Shown here one piece after another: positions 62,426 through 64,000 of a stretch of 64,000 bases of DNA (its first letter is position 1; each line of letters opens with the position of its first letter). This DNA is from the human T2T-CHM13v2.0 reference genome, Homo sapiens. The notes beneath the pieces were generated by a model. It saw nothing but the letters and a program-made list of their open reading frames with translations. It ran no database searches and was not told the DNA's origin. Both the position numbers and the translations under genes were made by a program. The DNA lies in assembly GCA_009914755.4 (NCBI GenBank), contig CP086569.2, positions 2,816,001 through 2,880,000 on the forward strand, in the 5' to 3' direction.

Positions 62426-63708
62426 TCTTACAGAATGTCACACAGCACATGATATCAGAAAATTAGTCCCAGATCTGTGTATAAAGCATATAGTTAAAAT
62501 CACTGTATGATCACTACCTCGTGAATTTTCTGTGCATGTTGTGCTTTCACTTATATTGCTTGATTACATATTCACTGAAAATTCTCTCTTATCACCATCA
62601 ATGAAATCATTACATTTACTTCATGACTCACTAAAAGATGTAGGCTCTCTAAACATGTTCACAGATTCTTCCCATTTCATGTTAATCTTTTTCTTCTTTT
62701 CCATCTCCTTCATGCATGTATCCATCAGAACCAGGCTGATAATTAATCAAATAAACAGGTAGTTTTCAACCCCGGTTGTGTACCAGAAATACTTGTGGAG
62801 AATTTTAAAGTACAGATATCGCATGCTCAACTGTAGATTTTCCTAATCAGAATATCCTGCTTTAGAGTCTCAGTCTGAAAGTTTTGCAAGTTCTCTAGGT
62901 GTACTGGGTGCTGACATCTATTTGGCAGATCTAGGAATTCATTCCCTAAACTGTCAGGAATGTTGATTGTCAATGGCTCACAGCTTAGACACTCTCAGAA
63001 AATCACCCTCTTTGAAAGTAAACTACCTCTCACAAGATTGTACTTCTGTCCTGGAGGTAGCTTACTTCCAGTGATTATTGCATAGCTTACAAATACTCCA
63101 CCCTTTGCTTCACCTGGAAACTCTGAAAGATCATTTCAGCTCCAGAATTCCCTGTATACAAAACAGGGAGTTGTAGTGGTTGCATTGCTATTGAACTTCT
63201 GCCACTGCCAACCCTGCTTCCTTCACTATTACAGGTGTTAATCACAAGAACACTTTTCAATAAACCTGCATGCAAATCTTAAATATATATTTTATATATG
63301 GATGTAGAGCTCTGGTTCTGAGACAAGATGGCCTAGACTTTCCATTTCCTTTTCTTTCCTGCTCAATAAAACCAAATGCCCTAGAAATAATTCAAAATGA
63401 AAGAAGAATTCTGAAGGGTGGAAAGAAAGGTGAAATGCCTAAGGACATCAGGACTTGAAGAACATAATCATGGTGAATTTTGTGCTTTTTTCTTTTTTTA
63501 TCTTCCATATATCCTGGATGGAACATAACAGAGATCTGAAACCCAGAACTGCCAAGAGGTTAGCTCTGGGGAATAAGTTCGGGGGAAGGGGGCGTGTAGT
63601 GGAGGGTAATGAGAATCTCAGCTGGGACTTAATGAGTAAACCCATACCTGATGGAGCAAGCTGCCTGAACTGCCTATTGCTGAGTCACCACCAGAGATCC
63701 AGGGGCCA

Positions 63709-63764
63709 ACCCATCCCCTGCATCACACCAGTATGCAGCCGTGGGTGTGATGCAGGGGATGGGT
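63709..63764. other. Perfect 21-bp inverted repeat forming a hairpin. The stem arms are acccatcccctgcatcacacc and ggtgtgatgcaggggatgggt, with a 14-nt loop agtatgcagccgtg.
   Basis: 63709-63729 is the exact reverse complement of 63744-63764. Confidence 0.9.
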
Positions 63765-64000
63765 CTACAGCCACAGTGGCAGCAGTAGAACTTTAGTGCA
63801 ATGAAAATTAGTAGTGATAAAGAGGAGCATTACACAATGATAAATAGATTAGCCAACAAAAAAGGCATGATGATCCGAAATGTGTAAGCACAAAACAAGA
63901 TAGCCTAAAATTAAATGAAATTAAAATGCATGGATCTGAATGGAGAAATAGACAAATCCACAAACATGTAATAGAATGTGGTTTCTTTGGAGGCTGATTG

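Overview
This window is primate, almost certainly human or ape, nuclear DNA, and not a prokaryotic locus. The evidence is many Alu SINEs (including one young, CpG-rich AluY-like copy), L1 LINEs of several ages, THE1/MST-type MaLR retroelements and LTR12-family LTRs. I assigned roughly two thirds or more of the 64 kb to interspersed repeats. I found no convincing protein-coding exon, tRNA or rRNA, and the region is AT-rich.

The six-frame ORF track is misleading here. Every ORF longer than about 100 aa that I checked translates repeat-derived sequence: L1 ORF2 sense or antisense, MaLR internal regions, or Alu. No CRISPR array or defence-island-style system is present.

What is worth a second look is transposon archaeology and a few small structural oddities:
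- A three-level nested L1-in-L1-in-L1 insertion with readable target-site duplications.
- Four MaLR elements in the same orientation within 26 kb, three of them complete with 5-bp TSDs.
- A full-length 7.6 kb L1 with a long, internally repetitive 5'UTR.
- A solo LTR with a 4-bp TSD inside an L1.
- Two same-orientation LTR12 (HERV9-LTR-like) copies 4.4 kb apart.
- A hAT-like MITE with an 8-bp TSD.
- A CpG-retaining segment with a consensus splice donor inside an ancient L1.
- Two perfect hairpins of 20 to 21 bp.

Family and subfamily names are assigned from memory of consensus sequences and should be confirmed with RepeatMasker/Dfam.
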